Source of the DNA: Nitrosarchaeum sp.
GTDB taxonomy: Archaea > Thermoproteota > Nitrososphaeria > Nitrososphaerales > Nitrosopumilaceae
NCBI GenBank assembly: GCA_965223865.1
Contig: OZ245020.1
Span: forward strand, 96,001-160,000
Length of the DNA: 64,000 bases
Direction of reading: 5' to 3'
Shown here: positions 21,546 to 31,630 of the stretch, piece by piece
Position numbering within the stretch: position 1 is the first letter of the stretch
Layout of the letters: each line of letters starts with the position of its first letter
Notes under the pieces: generated by a model
What the model was told of the DNA's origin: nothing
The model's database searches: none
What the model saw: only the letters and a program-made list of their open reading frames with translations
Program-made: the position numbers and the translations under genes

Positions 21546-22043
21546 TCAGGATAGGAAAATATTGCCTGATGTAATTCCCTTGTAAGACATGTCTTCCAAG
21601 TTAAACCATACACGCTCCTTACCTTCTCCAGTAGCCCCAGCAAACTTGCCTTCACCACCTACTATTTTCCATTCTGATTGGGCAATTCCATACTTGCCAT
21701 TTCCATATTCAACCCAAGACACCTCGCGGTTTTCAAATGCAAGGAGATTTCCCTGATCATCAGCGATTGTATACTGAGTGGTGTAATAGCCGCCCAATTC
21801 ATGATTCGGATCCTCTACGAATTGATATGTACCATGTACTTCTACTACTCCTTCAAACACAGAGTATGTTCCCGAATCGACAAAACTTCCGCTAAGTTCA
21901 TCTCCCTCTGAATCGTACCCTTCGTACATTCCCCTAAAAGGAATGGTTGTTTCAGCAAATACAGAAGCAGTTAGTCCTGTAGCAAAGAGACCTGCAACAA
22001 GAGTTGCAGTCAAGACTACGAATTGACTTGTTTTGCTTATCAT
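21546..22043 (-). CDS. Secreted beta-rich hypothetical protein
   Basis: Signal peptide ending VFA; WKIVGGEGKFAGATGEG resembles dirigent/AOC-like barrels. Confidence 0.7.
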   Translation of the reverse strand: MISKTSQFVVLTATLVAGLFATGLTASVFAETTIPFRGMYEGYDSEGDELSGSFVDSGTYSVFEGVVEVHGTYQFVEDPNHELGGYYTTQYTIADDQGNLLAFENREVSWVEYGNGKYGIAQSEWKIVGGEGKFAGATGEGKERVWFNLEDMSYKGITSGNIFLS

Positions 22044-22065
22044 TGTATTTTATTAGATAAAGTAC

Positions 22066-22090
22066 TATTTATCATTATTGATAATTAATA
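22066..22090. promoter_or_regulatory. Palindromic operator TTATCA-N4-TGATAA (copy 2)
   Basis: tatttatcattattgataattaata in the divergent region before the regulator at 22130. Confidence 0.6.
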
Positions 22091-22129
22091 TGCTGTTTAT
22101 CTTATATGGTATTTATTATATATCAGTGA

Positions 22130-22759
22130 ATGTTTCTATTAGGCATAAGAAAGATGAATCCCTTAGATAAAATTGTCTCTCAGAGTGTAAAACAGGTTTT
22201 AGAAGAAGATCTAGGTAATAGAACATACAAAAAAGTTGAAAAAGAACTAGATGAAATGTTTGGTGTTTCAGTTCTTGAAGCTGTAGATGATTTTTCAAAA
22301 TTAGATATCGTGTTAAGAAAATTGTTTGGAAAACATTCAACAAAAATGGAAATGAAGATCTTCAAGCAGATAATAATAGCCGAAAAAAAAGAAAAAGACG
22401 AATCTTCAATTACTATCAAAGATCCTGTTTTGGCAACTAGAATTTTTGAATCCTATGGGGATCCTGTAAAGAAGAACATTTTAGAAGTGTTACAAAAACA
22501 CCCCAAATCAATTCCAGAAGCAATAGAGGAAGTTAAACTTCCTCAGGCATCTACATACAGAAGAGCAAAAGAATTGATTCAAGATGGATTGTTAACTATG
22601 GTAGGACATACCCAAGCAAGCGATGGTAGAAAAGTAAATGAATATACTGCTACTCTAAACAGAGCAGTCTTTGATTTTCAAGAGAAGGGTTTGCATGTCA
22701 GTGTGAAATTGCAAAACAAGTTTCTCAAAGACAGTTTTGCTTACAATTCAATAACATAA
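22130..22759 (+). CDS. Winged-HTH transcriptional regulator with thaumarchaeal N-terminal domain
   Basis: C-terminal SIPEAIEEVKLPQASTYRRAKELIQDGLL. Confidence 0.75.
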   Translation: MFLLGIRKMNPLDKIVSQSVKQVLEEDLGNRTYKKVEKELDEMFGVSVLEAVDDFSKLDIVLRKLFGKHSTKMEMKIFKQIIIAEKKEKDESSITIKDPVLATRIFESYGDPVKKNILEVLQKHPKSIPEAIEEVKLPQASTYRRAKELIQDGLLTMVGHTQASDGRKVNEYTATLNRAVFDFQEKGLHVSVKLQNKFLKDSFAYNSIT

Positions 22760-22968
22760 AAAACAATGAAGACATATCAGAGACGAATTCAATTAACTAC
22801 TGATAATTTCTACGCGTTGTTTTTATGCAAAATCCTCAAACACAAAAACAGAAAGTAGACAGGTTGGAGGTTTCTTTCCCGACCATGACAGTACCTCATA
22901 GCCGTCTATTCTTTCATACAAAATATCAGAAGAACTTATGAACTTTACATAATTCCTTTGATCAAACA

Positions 22969-23094
22969 ATGAAATTTTTTGTTCTTTTGATTCTAGTTGG
23001 ATTTGTAGGAATTGCTCTGACCCAATAAGTCTTGGCAGATGATGCTTCTCTTTCTTTTGATTCTAGGCTTAATTTTTCAGAAAAGGATCCATGA
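22969..23094 (+). pseudogene. Remnant of a secreted-protein gene
   Basis: MKFFVLLILVGFVGIALTQ*VLADDASL...: signal peptide interrupted by in-frame TAA just before VLA-D. Confidence 0.35.
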
Positions 23095-23138
23095 CACAGG
23101 TCATCTTCAGGGCATGGCATTATACAACAAAACAAAAA

Positions 23139-23522
23139 CTACAAGGCTACTAGCTTTACTGTGTCCATTTTTCTGTCAGTCAGAAAACCCTTAGTTATGG
23201 ATTGGATCTTTTTGGAGTCCCCATCCAAGAAAAACATCTCCATACACCTATCACCATCTATCTTGTTATGTAGATGAGTCCTTATCAAATGCTCATAATC
23301 ATGTTTTATCCTTGCAACTTGGTCGTCAAACTCGTCGGCATGAACCACAATAAGTACTGCATTTTGTTTTCCTTTCAGATCTCCCTTCTGTTTTTCTTCC
23401 TGTACAAATGTTCTGATTCCTGCGCGAATAATCTCAGATCTTCCGGTAAATCCCATCGACCCTTGTAGTTTGTCTAGCTCCTTTAGTATCTCATCATTTA
23501 GAGAAATTGAAACGATAGGCAT
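23139..23522 (-). CDS. NikR-like CopG/RHH metal-responsive regulator
   Basis: VSISLN...GRSEIIRAGIR; C-terminal H..HLH..C metal site. Confidence 0.85.
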   Translation of the reverse strand: MPIVSISLNDEILKELDKLQGSMGFTGRSEIIRAGIRTFVQEEKQKGDLKGKQNAVLIVVHADEFDDQVARIKHDYEHLIRTHLHNKIDGDRCMEMFFLDGDSKKIQSITKGFLTDRKMDTVKLVAL

Positions 23523-23596
23523 TGATTCTATGATTATTAATTATTATTTAAATCTAGTACTGGTTTTTAATAATTTTAGGTAAAATCAGGCATGTT

Positions 23597-23662
23597 TGAT
23601 TATTAACAATAACAAAAGTCATGAGGTTTTTTATTAAGTTTATATTCTATTGTTAATAATCA
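23597..23662. promoter_or_regulatory. Perfect 15-bp inverted repeat upstream of the metal ABC operon
   Basis: tgattattaacaata (23597-23611) / tattgttaataatca (23648-23662); more TTATTAA half-sites at 23534, 23567 and 23631. Confidence 0.6.
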
Positions 23663-23683
23663 TTTATAGGAAAGATATTAGAT

Positions 23684-24973
23684 ATGAATAAGAAATCATC
23701 CGTTGCTGCAATTGGAGGCGGAGTAGCTGTAGTAGTCATAGCAGGTGCAGCATTCATGTTCTCTGGAATGTCAAATGAGCAAGTATCCATAGATAACAAT
23801 TTGGTTGATGATGCAAGTGAAAATAATGTTACTCTACAAGATGATGACAAGATGAGAGTATTAGCTTCTTTTTATCCGTATTATGAATTTACAAGAAATG
23901 TGGCCGGAGATGCTGCAATAGTAGAACAGTATCTCCCATCTGGAATTGAAGCTCATGACTGGGAGCCAAGAGCTCAGGAAATTCAATCATTGAAGGATGC
24001 AGACGTTTTTGTATACAATGGATTGGGCATGGAACCATATGTTGACAACATGATTAATTCCGGAGAGTTTGACAATGTGTTGTTTGTAAAAGCATCAGAG
24101 GGAATAGATATGATGAAATCAGATGAGGATGAGCATGATGAAGCACACACAGAAGAATTTGTAGAAGAGATAAAAGAAACCATAGAAGAGTTTGAGCATG
24201 GCCACATGACTGAATCTCAGACACTTGAAAAAATTGAAGAAATTCTGCATGAGCATGAGGGAGATGGACATGATCATGGAAACAAAACAATTGAAAGTAT
24301 TGAAGATATACTACATGAAATTGAGGATGGACATATAGGCCAAGAAGATGGAATAGAAGAGATACATCACATCATTTTAAATGTTAAAGGAGATCACGGA
24401 GACGAAGAAAAAGAGGAAGAACATGACGGACACGACCATGATTTTGAATTTGATCCTCATATTTGGTTAGACCCAATTTTGGTAAAACAACAAGTAAACA
24501 ATATCAAAGATGGGCTGATCAAAGCTGACCCTCAAAACAAAGAACATTATGAACAAAATGCCACGGAATACAACAAGGAACTTGATGAATTAGACATGAG
24601 AATTAAATCGTCTTTGTCTTCATGTGACAAAGATACCTTTGTCCCATTTCATAACGCATTTACATATCTTGGAGACAGATATGGTCTTAAGATAATGGCA
24701 CTCAGTGGGGTAGCTCCAGATTCTGAGGCCTCTGCAGCAGAGATTGCAGAGTTTATTGACTTTGTAAAAGACAACAACATCAAGGTAATCTTTGCAGAAG
24801 AGTTAGTAGATCCAAGACTTGCACAAGTCATTGCAGACGAAGCAGGGGCTGAAGTTTTACTGTTTAGCCCAATTGAAGCATTGACGCTGGACGAGATAGG
24901 ACAAAACATCACTTACATTGACAAGATGGATAAAAACTTGGATGCTTTGAAGGTGGCACTTGAATGTCAATGA
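23684..24973 (+). CDS. Zn/Mn ABC transporter substrate-binding protein with long His/acidic insert
   Basis: EAHDWEP, DPHIWLDP, FHNAFTY (ZnuA/AdcA cluster A-I). Confidence 0.9.
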   Translation: MNKKSSVAAIGGGVAVVVIAGAAFMFSGMSNEQVSIDNNLVDDASENNVTLQDDDKMRVLASFYPYYEFTRNVAGDAAIVEQYLPSGIEAHDWEPRAQEIQSLKDADVFVYNGLGMEPYVDNMINSGEFDNVLFVKASEGIDMMKSDEDEHDEAHTEEFVEEIKETIEEFEHGHMTESQTLEKIEEILHEHEGDGHDHGNKTIESIEDILHEIEDGHIGQEDGIEEIHHIILNVKGDHGDEEKEEEHDGHDHDFEFDPHIWLDPILVKQQVNNIKDGLIKADPQNKEHYEQNATEYNKELDELDMRIKSSLSSCDKDTFVPFHNAFTYLGDRYGLKIMALSGVAPDSEASAAEIAEFIDFVKDNNIKVIFAEELVDPRLAQVIADEAGAEVLLFSPIEALTLDEIGQNITYIDKMDKNLDALKVALECQ

Positions 24974-25773
24974 CAAACGTCCTTGAGGTAGAAGATCTTA
25001 GCATAGGTTACAATAGTCATCTGGCAGTAGATAAAATCAGTTTTGATGTGCAGGAAGGAGACCTACTTGGAATAGTTGGGCCAAACGGAGCGGGCAAGAC
25101 AACATTATTTAGAGCAATTTTGGGACTGCAGCAATATTCTGGTAAAATCAAACTGTTTGGATTTGAAGGTTCAAAGTATCGTTCGTTGTTACCTCTGATT
25201 GGATATGTTCCTCAAAAGGTAGCATTTGAGCCAAACTTTCCTGCAACAGTATACGATATTGTCTCAATGGGAGTAATATCTGATAAAAAACTGGTCAAGG
25301 GTGCTAAACTGATTCAGCAATGTGGTTGCTGTTGGAACAGGATATACAAGAAAATTGGAAACAATGATGATAAGATAACTGAAGCCCTCAAGACTGTGGG
25401 ATTGGAATCATTGAGAAATAGAAGGATTGGTGAGCTTTCAGGAGGAGAGCTGCAGCGGGTATTTATTGCAAAATCCCTTGTAAAGGATCCTTTACTGTTG
25501 ATACTAGATGAACCGGTAACCAGTGTTGATGTAGAATCACAAACCAAATTTTACAATGTAATAAAAAAGATCAACGAGGAAAATAACATCACGATAGTCT
25601 GGTCATCCCATGACCTTGACGCAATATCAAAATATGCAAACAGGGTGGCATGCATGAACAAAAAATTGTTCTTCCATGGCGAGAAAGAGAAATTCTTCTC
25701 TGACAAGGAACTCCTCAAGACATACACTGAATCATCAATGCAGATGCATATGCACAATCATGATATGCATTGA
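24964..25773 (+). CDS. Zn/Mn ABC transporter ATPase
   Basis: GPNGAGKT, GYVPQ, LSGGE, DEP. Confidence 0.92.
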   Translation: MSMTNVLEVEDLSIGYNSHLAVDKISFDVQEGDLLGIVGPNGAGKTTLFRAILGLQQYSGKIKLFGFEGSKYRSLLPLIGYVPQKVAFEPNFPATVYDIVSMGVISDKKLVKGAKLIQQCGCCWNRIYKKIGNNDDKITEALKTVGLESLRNRRIGELSGGELQRVFIAKSLVKDPLLLILDEPVTSVDVESQTKFYNVIKKINEENNITIVWSSHDLDAISKYANRVACMNKKLFFHGEKEKFFSDKELLKTYTESSMQMHMHNHDMH

Positions 25774-25793
25774 TAATTTAGGGAATAGGCAAT

Positions 25794-26648
25794 ATGGTTC
25801 TTGAAGCTCTCTCTTATGGTTTTGTGCAAAAAGCATTGATTGCAGGAATTGCAGTTGCCTTGATCTGTTCTTTTATGGGAACATTTCTTGTGTTAAGACG
25901 TTATTCATTGTTTGGAGACGGTATAGCTCACGTTGCATTTGGAGGAGTTTCTGTTGGTTTGTTTTTGGGAGTGTTTCCATTGTGGACTGCATTTATTGTA
26001 TCCATCTTTGGTGGATTAGGGTTACAAAAGCTTAGACAGAGCACCAAGATATCAGGAGATGCAGCAGTTGCCGTAGTACTAGTTTCGGGACTGGCCATAG
26101 GAGTAATTTTGGTGAGCTCCTCAGGTGGTTTTTCAGTTGATCTGTTTAGCTTTTTGTTTGGAAGTATTTTGTTGATTAGTAATGAAGACACCATAATGAT
26201 TCTTGCAATCAGTGCAGGTATCATTGCAACACTAGTAGTAATGCAAAAGCAATTTCTCCACCTTACATTTAATGAGGAACAGGCAAAAATTGCAGGACTT
26301 CCAGTCACCTTGCTAAACTATGCATTTGTAATACTTGCATCAGTAACGGTCGTAACATCAATGAGACTGGTTGGAATCCTGCTGATATCTGCACTCATTG
26401 TCATACCAAACATTACAGCAATGATGTTTGGCAAAGGTTTTAAAAAGACAGTAGGAATATCCATGTCAATTTCAGTCATATCTGTGGTGAGTGGGATTCT
26501 TTTGTCGTACTATTACAATGTTGCACCCTCAGGAACAATAGTTATGATTGCAGTTGCTATTCTCATAGGGGTGCTTGTTGCAAAATCTGCAGGAATAATA
26601 TCAAAAACAGACATCAAGAAACAACCAGAAATAACACACAATAGCTGA
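25794..26648 (+). CDS. Zn/Mn ABC transporter permease
   Basis: GDGIAHVAFGG, FLFGSIL, VGILLISAL. Confidence 0.92.
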   Translation: MVLEALSYGFVQKALIAGIAVALICSFMGTFLVLRRYSLFGDGIAHVAFGGVSVGLFLGVFPLWTAFIVSIFGGLGLQKLRQSTKISGDAAVAVVLVSGLAIGVILVSSSGGFSVDLFSFLFGSILLISNEDTIMILAISAGIIATLVVMQKQFLHLTFNEEQAKIAGLPVTLLNYAFVILASVTVVTSMRLVGILLISALIVIPNITAMMFGKGFKKTVGISMSISVISVVSGILLSYYYNVAPSGTIVMIAVAILIGVLVAKSAGIISKTDIKKQPEITHNS

Positions 26649-27211
26649 AAAGTAATTGGCCATTCCAGTTCAACAAATTCAGATTGATTTTGTGCTTTGA
26701 AAGTCTCCCTGATGATTTTGATTCAAACAAAAGATTTGATTCAGAATTGGAAGAGCTTAGAGAAGAGAACAAAGAACTTAAACCTACCAAGATGGTGTTA
26801 ACAGGTTTGATTGTAATATCTTTGATGGTCTATTTTACATCAAGAAGATAAGCTGATGTAAAACTGATTTCGTGCAGATTGTAATCGACTAGCTATCAAC
26901 AGAGTTCTATTCTCAATACGTCAGTTTTTCAAAAGAAAAATTCACTGTCATCTGAAATTATTTTCGCACAATGACGTTGATGACTTGCATACATACGTTG
27001 TACAAACAGTCATTATCTTGTTCCATAGCCTCTATCGCAAAATTTGCTTAAAAGGTTGATTATAACTGCCATGGTAAATTGGGCTAAAAATCCATCAATC
27101 TAATCAGTTGTGCTATTAGGCACAACTGATCAATTACCTGCTTTGAACATCGGCCACATCAACTTTCATGCCTACATAATAACTCAAAACTACTTTACGA
27201 TATTGCCAAAG

Positions 27212-27373
27212 ATGAGATGTCCAAATTGTGGAAACCAATCCAGTTGGAGGGATCCAACTTGTAACAAATGTGATAGTGTCTTGCATCAAAAAAATTGCAA
27301 GGCAAAGGCATCTGACTGTAAATGCCATGAAATTAACGAACAATCTTGGAATGACAAAAAATCCAAAGAATGA
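27212..27373 (+). CDS. Cys-rich zinc-ribbon microprotein
   Basis: MRCPNCG...CNKC...C...CKCH; ATG at 27212 inside the track ORF. Confidence 0.55.
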   Translation: MRCPNCGNQSSWRDPTCNKCDSVLHQKNCKAKASDCKCHEINEQSWNDKKSKE

Positions 27374-27426
27374 TCCTACCTAATGTGGTGCAAATCTCTT
27401 TTTTTATCCATAATTCTTGCTTAATG

Positions 27427-28719
27427 CTAGAAATCGACTCTAAAACTATTGTCCAAATTTGTTGATTTGATCATGGCATATTTTTTTAGTTTCATCAGAT
27501 CCTGTTTTTTCATGTATTTCGATGATTCGTCAACGATGTTATTCATGATCTCTATTCCTTCTTTGGCGCCTTTAGACAGTCCCAACCTGTACAGTAATGG
27601 CAGTTTGGCCATAGAGTTATGATGATTTGAATTATTTTTTACTTCTTTTGTGGTAAACTTTTGAACAATCATGCTTAGATATTTTTCTAAATTATCTGTC
27701 ATATCTCTTTCTAGCTTTGTATTTTTTTCTTTTAATGCCAATGCAAGAATCCCTTTAATCTTTAACAGGGCTTGATTGGTTTCTACCTTGTCTAGCTTCT
27801 TAGGGGGTATTTTTATCTCAAAAATTTTTTCAGTTGTAGTTGCAATATACTCTATGGCCTCTTTTCTGCAAGATGCCTTTGTTTGTCCAAAAGGACAGTT
27901 GTCACAATTTGTGGTGTGATACCTGATTCCACTATCTCCAAAACTAGAATGAACAATCTTGTTTTTATTTCGTAATTTCTTCATTATTCTAGAAACAGTT
28001 CCCTCATCCAGAGATAGCAGTTGGGATATTTCGGTATTAGAATAAGAGCCATCATCAATTAGCTTCAATACGTCTTCTTCCAGCTCTCCTGGAGAACGTC
28101 TGTACATCTCTTCAATGGCATCAGCCAAGTGATGACCGATGTATTTCTTGTCAATATGGTTGATGGTCAGTCTTGAATTTTCAAATGATGCATCAAACCC
28201 TGACTTTATTTCTTCCTTTATGATTTTTTTTAACGTTTTCTCCAAGTTAGGTATTTTGAATCCCTCTAACTGTTTTTTGATATCTGCTAATGATATTGTT
28301 TTTTTCCCAGAGCTGAATAGGTGATACAATGACCAACGTATCTGACGCTCATCGCTTCGTTCAATTAACCGCAATAGATCACAGATTTCTTCAATTTTGC
28401 TCCATTTGACATCCAGCAAGACATCAGACTCATCAATTAACACATTCACATTGCGTAATTTTTTTGTAAATTTATTTAATTTCTTCTTGATTTGGCTGTT
28501 CGAATAATCTGTTTTTTGTTTTAATTTTGATGATTTAATTCGTTCCAGGTATTTATCAACCAGCTGGTCTTTTTCTATAATGTGCTCATTTCTTAAATCA
28601 TCTGTATCATATTTTAGCATCTCAAAAAAATCCATCGATTCTCCAAGAATTGAAGACGGCTCAAAGGTTCTTAGTACAGCTAAATTTGTTACAGACAACC
28701 CCATGTCTTTATATATCAA
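27427..28719 (-). CDS. Large hypothetical regulator with wHTH followed by a CxxCPFG..C motif
   Basis: SNTEISQLLSLDEGTVSRIMKKL then TNCDNCPFGQTKASCR. Confidence 0.7.
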   Translation of the reverse strand: MIYKDMGLSVTNLAVLRTFEPSSILGESMDFFEMLKYDTDDLRNEHIIEKDQLVDKYLERIKSSKLKQKTDYSNSQIKKKLNKFTKKLRNVNVLIDESDVLLDVKWSKIEEICDLLRLIERSDERQIRWSLYHLFSSGKKTISLADIKKQLEGFKIPNLEKTLKKIIKEEIKSGFDASFENSRLTINHIDKKYIGHHLADAIEEMYRRSPGELEEDVLKLIDDGSYSNTEISQLLSLDEGTVSRIMKKLRNKNKIVHSSFGDSGIRYHTTNCDNCPFGQTKASCRKEAIEYIATTTEKIFEIKIPPKKLDKVETNQALLKIKGILALALKEKNTKLERDMTDNLEKYLSMIVQKFTTKEVKNNSNHHNSMAKLPLLYRLGLSKGAKEGIEIMNNIVDESSKYMKKQDLMKLKKYAMIKSTNLDNSFRVDF

Positions 28720-28984
28720 TTTGATTATTTATGCGTATCAGTTCAACTAGTTGGTAAAATTGAAATTTTATTCATGTGATTAATTAGAATCTATTTTTAT
28801 TCAATTATTTCTGATGATGTTCAATCAGGTTAATTTGTGAGTAAGTTAAATTCCATATGGCCACAAAAATTTTGAATGTCAACAATTGCGGTTACAAAAA
28901 TACAGAAAAATTTTTCTTTCATTACAATATCTGAATGTATTCCAAATGACAATTATGGGTTAAAGATCAAACAGGAGTCATGGA

Positions 28985-29935
28985 TTGAATAAACTTCCAG
29001 TTTTTGTTTTTTTCACTTTAGGTTTTATTTTACTAAATTCGTTTATTTTGCCTAATAGTTTTGCCCAATCTGAATTTTCTACAGACTTTTTGTATGAACC
29101 AGGAATTGATGCAATTACTGCATTTGCTACTACGGTTGCAGAATCTGCCCCGAAAATTATTGCAGCAGTAATATTGTTGATTATTGGTCTAATTGCAGGC
29201 AAAGTAATTGGAAAAGTAATTGAAAAATCTGCATCAAAGATACTAAAACAAGTTAACAAAAATGATAATGACAATGGAGATGCGATAACAAAAACCACAT
29301 CATCAAAAGATTCTTCAAAACTAATTGCTGCAAGTGTGCGATGGTTTGTTTATCTGTTCTTTATCATTGCTGCAATAAATGCACTCGAGTTTGAACAGCT
29401 CTCTTCAGCATTAACTAACTTGTGGGTTTGGGTACCAAATCTTCTTGCATTCATACTAATTGTGATAGTGGGATTAATTATTGTCAATTTTATTGGAAAA
29501 TGGCTTGATCAAGAACTAATCAAAAAAGAATTTGGTGGCTCTAAATATGTCATCATAGGCGTCAAGGTAATCATTTATGCCATTATCTTCTCAATTGCTC
29601 TTACACAGTTAGGCATTGGAGACACAATTATTCCAATTCTGGTATCTGCATTCTCCTGGAGTGTGGCAATAGGAATTGGTGCAGCAATTGCAATAGGCCT
29701 GGGATTTGCACTAAAAGACGTACTTCCCGCAGCAATCAATACTGCCACAAAACAAAAATCTGTGCTAAAGGTGGGCCAAAAGGTAACAATAGGTGAGAAT
29801 ACAGGAACATTGGCTGCAGTGGAATTGCTACATCTTATCTTGGTTACAGAGGATAACAAAAGCATAGTTATTCCAACTAAAACGCTTGAAGATAACACCA
29901 TCACTATACTGGGAGACATTGCTAAAAATGACTAG
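28985..29935 (+). CDS. MscS-like mechanosensitive channel (TM-helix repeat type)
   Basis: PKIIAAVILL / PNLLAFILI repeats, AIGLGFALKD, C-terminal beta domain. Confidence 0.75.
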   Translation: MNKLPVFVFFTLGFILLNSFILPNSFAQSEFSTDFLYEPGIDAITAFATTVAESAPKIIAAVILLIIGLIAGKVIGKVIEKSASKILKQVNKNDNDNGDAITKTTSSKDSSKLIAASVRWFVYLFFIIAAINALEFEQLSSALTNLWVWVPNLLAFILIVIVGLIIVNFIGKWLDQELIKKEFGGSKYVIIGVKVIIYAIIFSIALTQLGIGDTIIPILVSAFSWSVAIGIGAAIAIGLGFALKDVLPAAINTATKQKSVLKVGQKVTIGENTGTLAAVELLHLILVTEDNKSIVIPTKTLEDNTITILGDIAKND

Positions 29936-30047
29936 AACAAATTCAATTATTTCTAAAATCAACAAAGAGAAGATAATCATCTATCCTTGGCCTGAAAAAG
30001 AAGGCGAACTTGCATTTCTAGTTGAAAACCTTGAGGAAATCGATTAG
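29928..30047 (+). CDS. Possible 39-aa microprotein overlapping the mscS-like stop
   Basis: MTRTNSIISKINKEKIIIYPWPEKEGELAFLVENLEEID*. Confidence 0.35.
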   Translation: MTRTNSIISKINKEKIIIYPWPEKEGELAFLVENLEEID

Positions 30048-30144
30048 CAGCCTTGTTTCCAATAATCCACAAAAATAATTTCAGAATAGAAAAATTCTCA
30101 AATTTTCAGTATTTTGGAAGTCATGACAATGATTAATTTTCAAT

Positions 30145-30684
30145 GTGTGTTTTCTGGTCATCAGAAAATCAATCTTCAAACCTATCATGATTCAACTTCT
30201 GACATTCTATGTACTCTATGCGGAAAGATGTGGAGGCGATATAGAGATGAAGAATTTTAAAAATATTCTTGTAACTTATGTAAAGCCAACAAACAAGGAA
30301 ACTGCGTTTAACATGGGTCTGTCCTTGGCAAAATCCAACAGCTCCAAATTATCGGTTGTAGAATTTCTCTCTGCAGACCAGCCTGAACTTCTCTTCTTTA
30401 AGACAAAAAAGAACAAAGAAAAAGAGGAGAAGCAAAAGAGAATAGTGGAAGATGCCCTGAAGAAATTTGAGGAAAAAGCAAAACAAGAAAATATCAAGCT
30501 AAACACATCATTTCAGTCAACTGAAAACTTGGTGGACAGCATACTCCAATACGTTGAATCAAACAAGATAGATCTATTGATAGTTGATCATCCCCACATG
30601 TCTCATTCAGAGGAAACACACTACAACGACATGGTTAGTGCAATCCACGATGAGGTTCACTGCAATATGCTGACTCTAAAATAA
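30145..30684 (+). CDS. Universal stress protein (likely start MKNFKNILV at 30247)
   Basis: FKNILV...IDLLIV USP fold; ATP motif degenerate. Confidence 0.75.
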   Translation: MCFLVIRKSIFKPIMIQLLTFYVLYAERCGGDIEMKNFKNILVTYVKPTNKETAFNMGLSLAKSNSSKLSVVEFLSADQPELLFFKTKKNKEKEEKQKRIVEDALKKFEEKAKQENIKLNTSFQSTENLVDSILQYVESNKIDLLIVDHPHMSHSEETHYNDMVSAIHDEVHCNMLTLK

Positions 30685-30751
30685 AAAAAGGTATGAAAAA
30701 TATGGTTTGAGGATGTTTTAAGTATGAATTTTGGAAATAGTCTAGTGAGCA

Positions 30752-31195
30752 TTGGTAAGTGAAAAAATGCAACACTATGATGTCAGAAAAATACTAGTGC
30801 CACTTGATGGTTCACAAAATTCCTTTAGAGGATTGAACAAGGCAATCTATTTTGCGAGGCAATGTGGCGCAACACTTACCGGATTGTATGTTAGCCAAAA
30901 GCCATCAAGATATGGATTTGACACAGTTGAGGATTTAGACTCGTTCAAAAGAAAACACATTGATACATTTATGGAAAAGGCAAAAAATATGGCTGGTAAA
31001 AACGGCGTAGATCTTAAGAGGAAGATAATCCACGGTTCTACTAAAAAGGATATTCTTAACTTTGCAAACAGATGGAACTATGATCTAATTGTAATTGGTT
31101 CCAAGGGTGCAGGCTCTACAGATGAATCATTTATTGGAAGTGTTACAAACCACATACTTCACACATCCAAGATTCCTGTTTTGGTTGTAAAATAA
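30752..31195 (+). CDS. Universal stress protein
   Basis: ILVPLDGS, DLIVIGSKG, GSVTNHILH...PVLVVK. Confidence 0.92.
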   Translation: MVSEKMQHYDVRKILVPLDGSQNSFRGLNKAIYFARQCGATLTGLYVSQKPSRYGFDTVEDLDSFKRKHIDTFMEKAKNMAGKNGVDLKRKIIHGSTKKDILNFANRWNYDLIVIGSKGAGSTDESFIGSVTNHILHTSKIPVLVVK

Positions 31196-31630
31196 TAAGA
31201 TGAAATCATCTTCTTATCTTTGAACATGTCAAGATACAAGCACCCATAACACTTTCTATGATTGTTCTTAATTCAATCAACCATTCTTGTAAAAACAATT
31301 CATAATTTGTAATTATTAAACTTCTAATCATATGGCAATTACGATAACTAATACCGAAATTATTACATTTTTTGACATCTTAAGTCAAACCCTGAATGCC
31401 AGAATGGAGTCAACTCTTTTCTCTTTGTTATTTTCATTATTATTGGTCCTAGAGCAGGTATGCTCAAAAATAGCTTTTTACATTTTGTAGATTATCAATC
31501 TTGATTACCATAATTGAATCATTCAAACGACTTTTTGTGATTGTGTTATTGCAATACCATAACTCGCATATCAAAAATGAAAATCATAACGTCAGAATAA
31601 ATATTACAATACAGAAAATTAGAGATCTAA

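Noticed and set aside
26690-26851. Short frame ending in a TM helix plus RR
   Set aside because: Looks like an orphan C-terminal gene fragment without a convincing start; not supportable as a gene.
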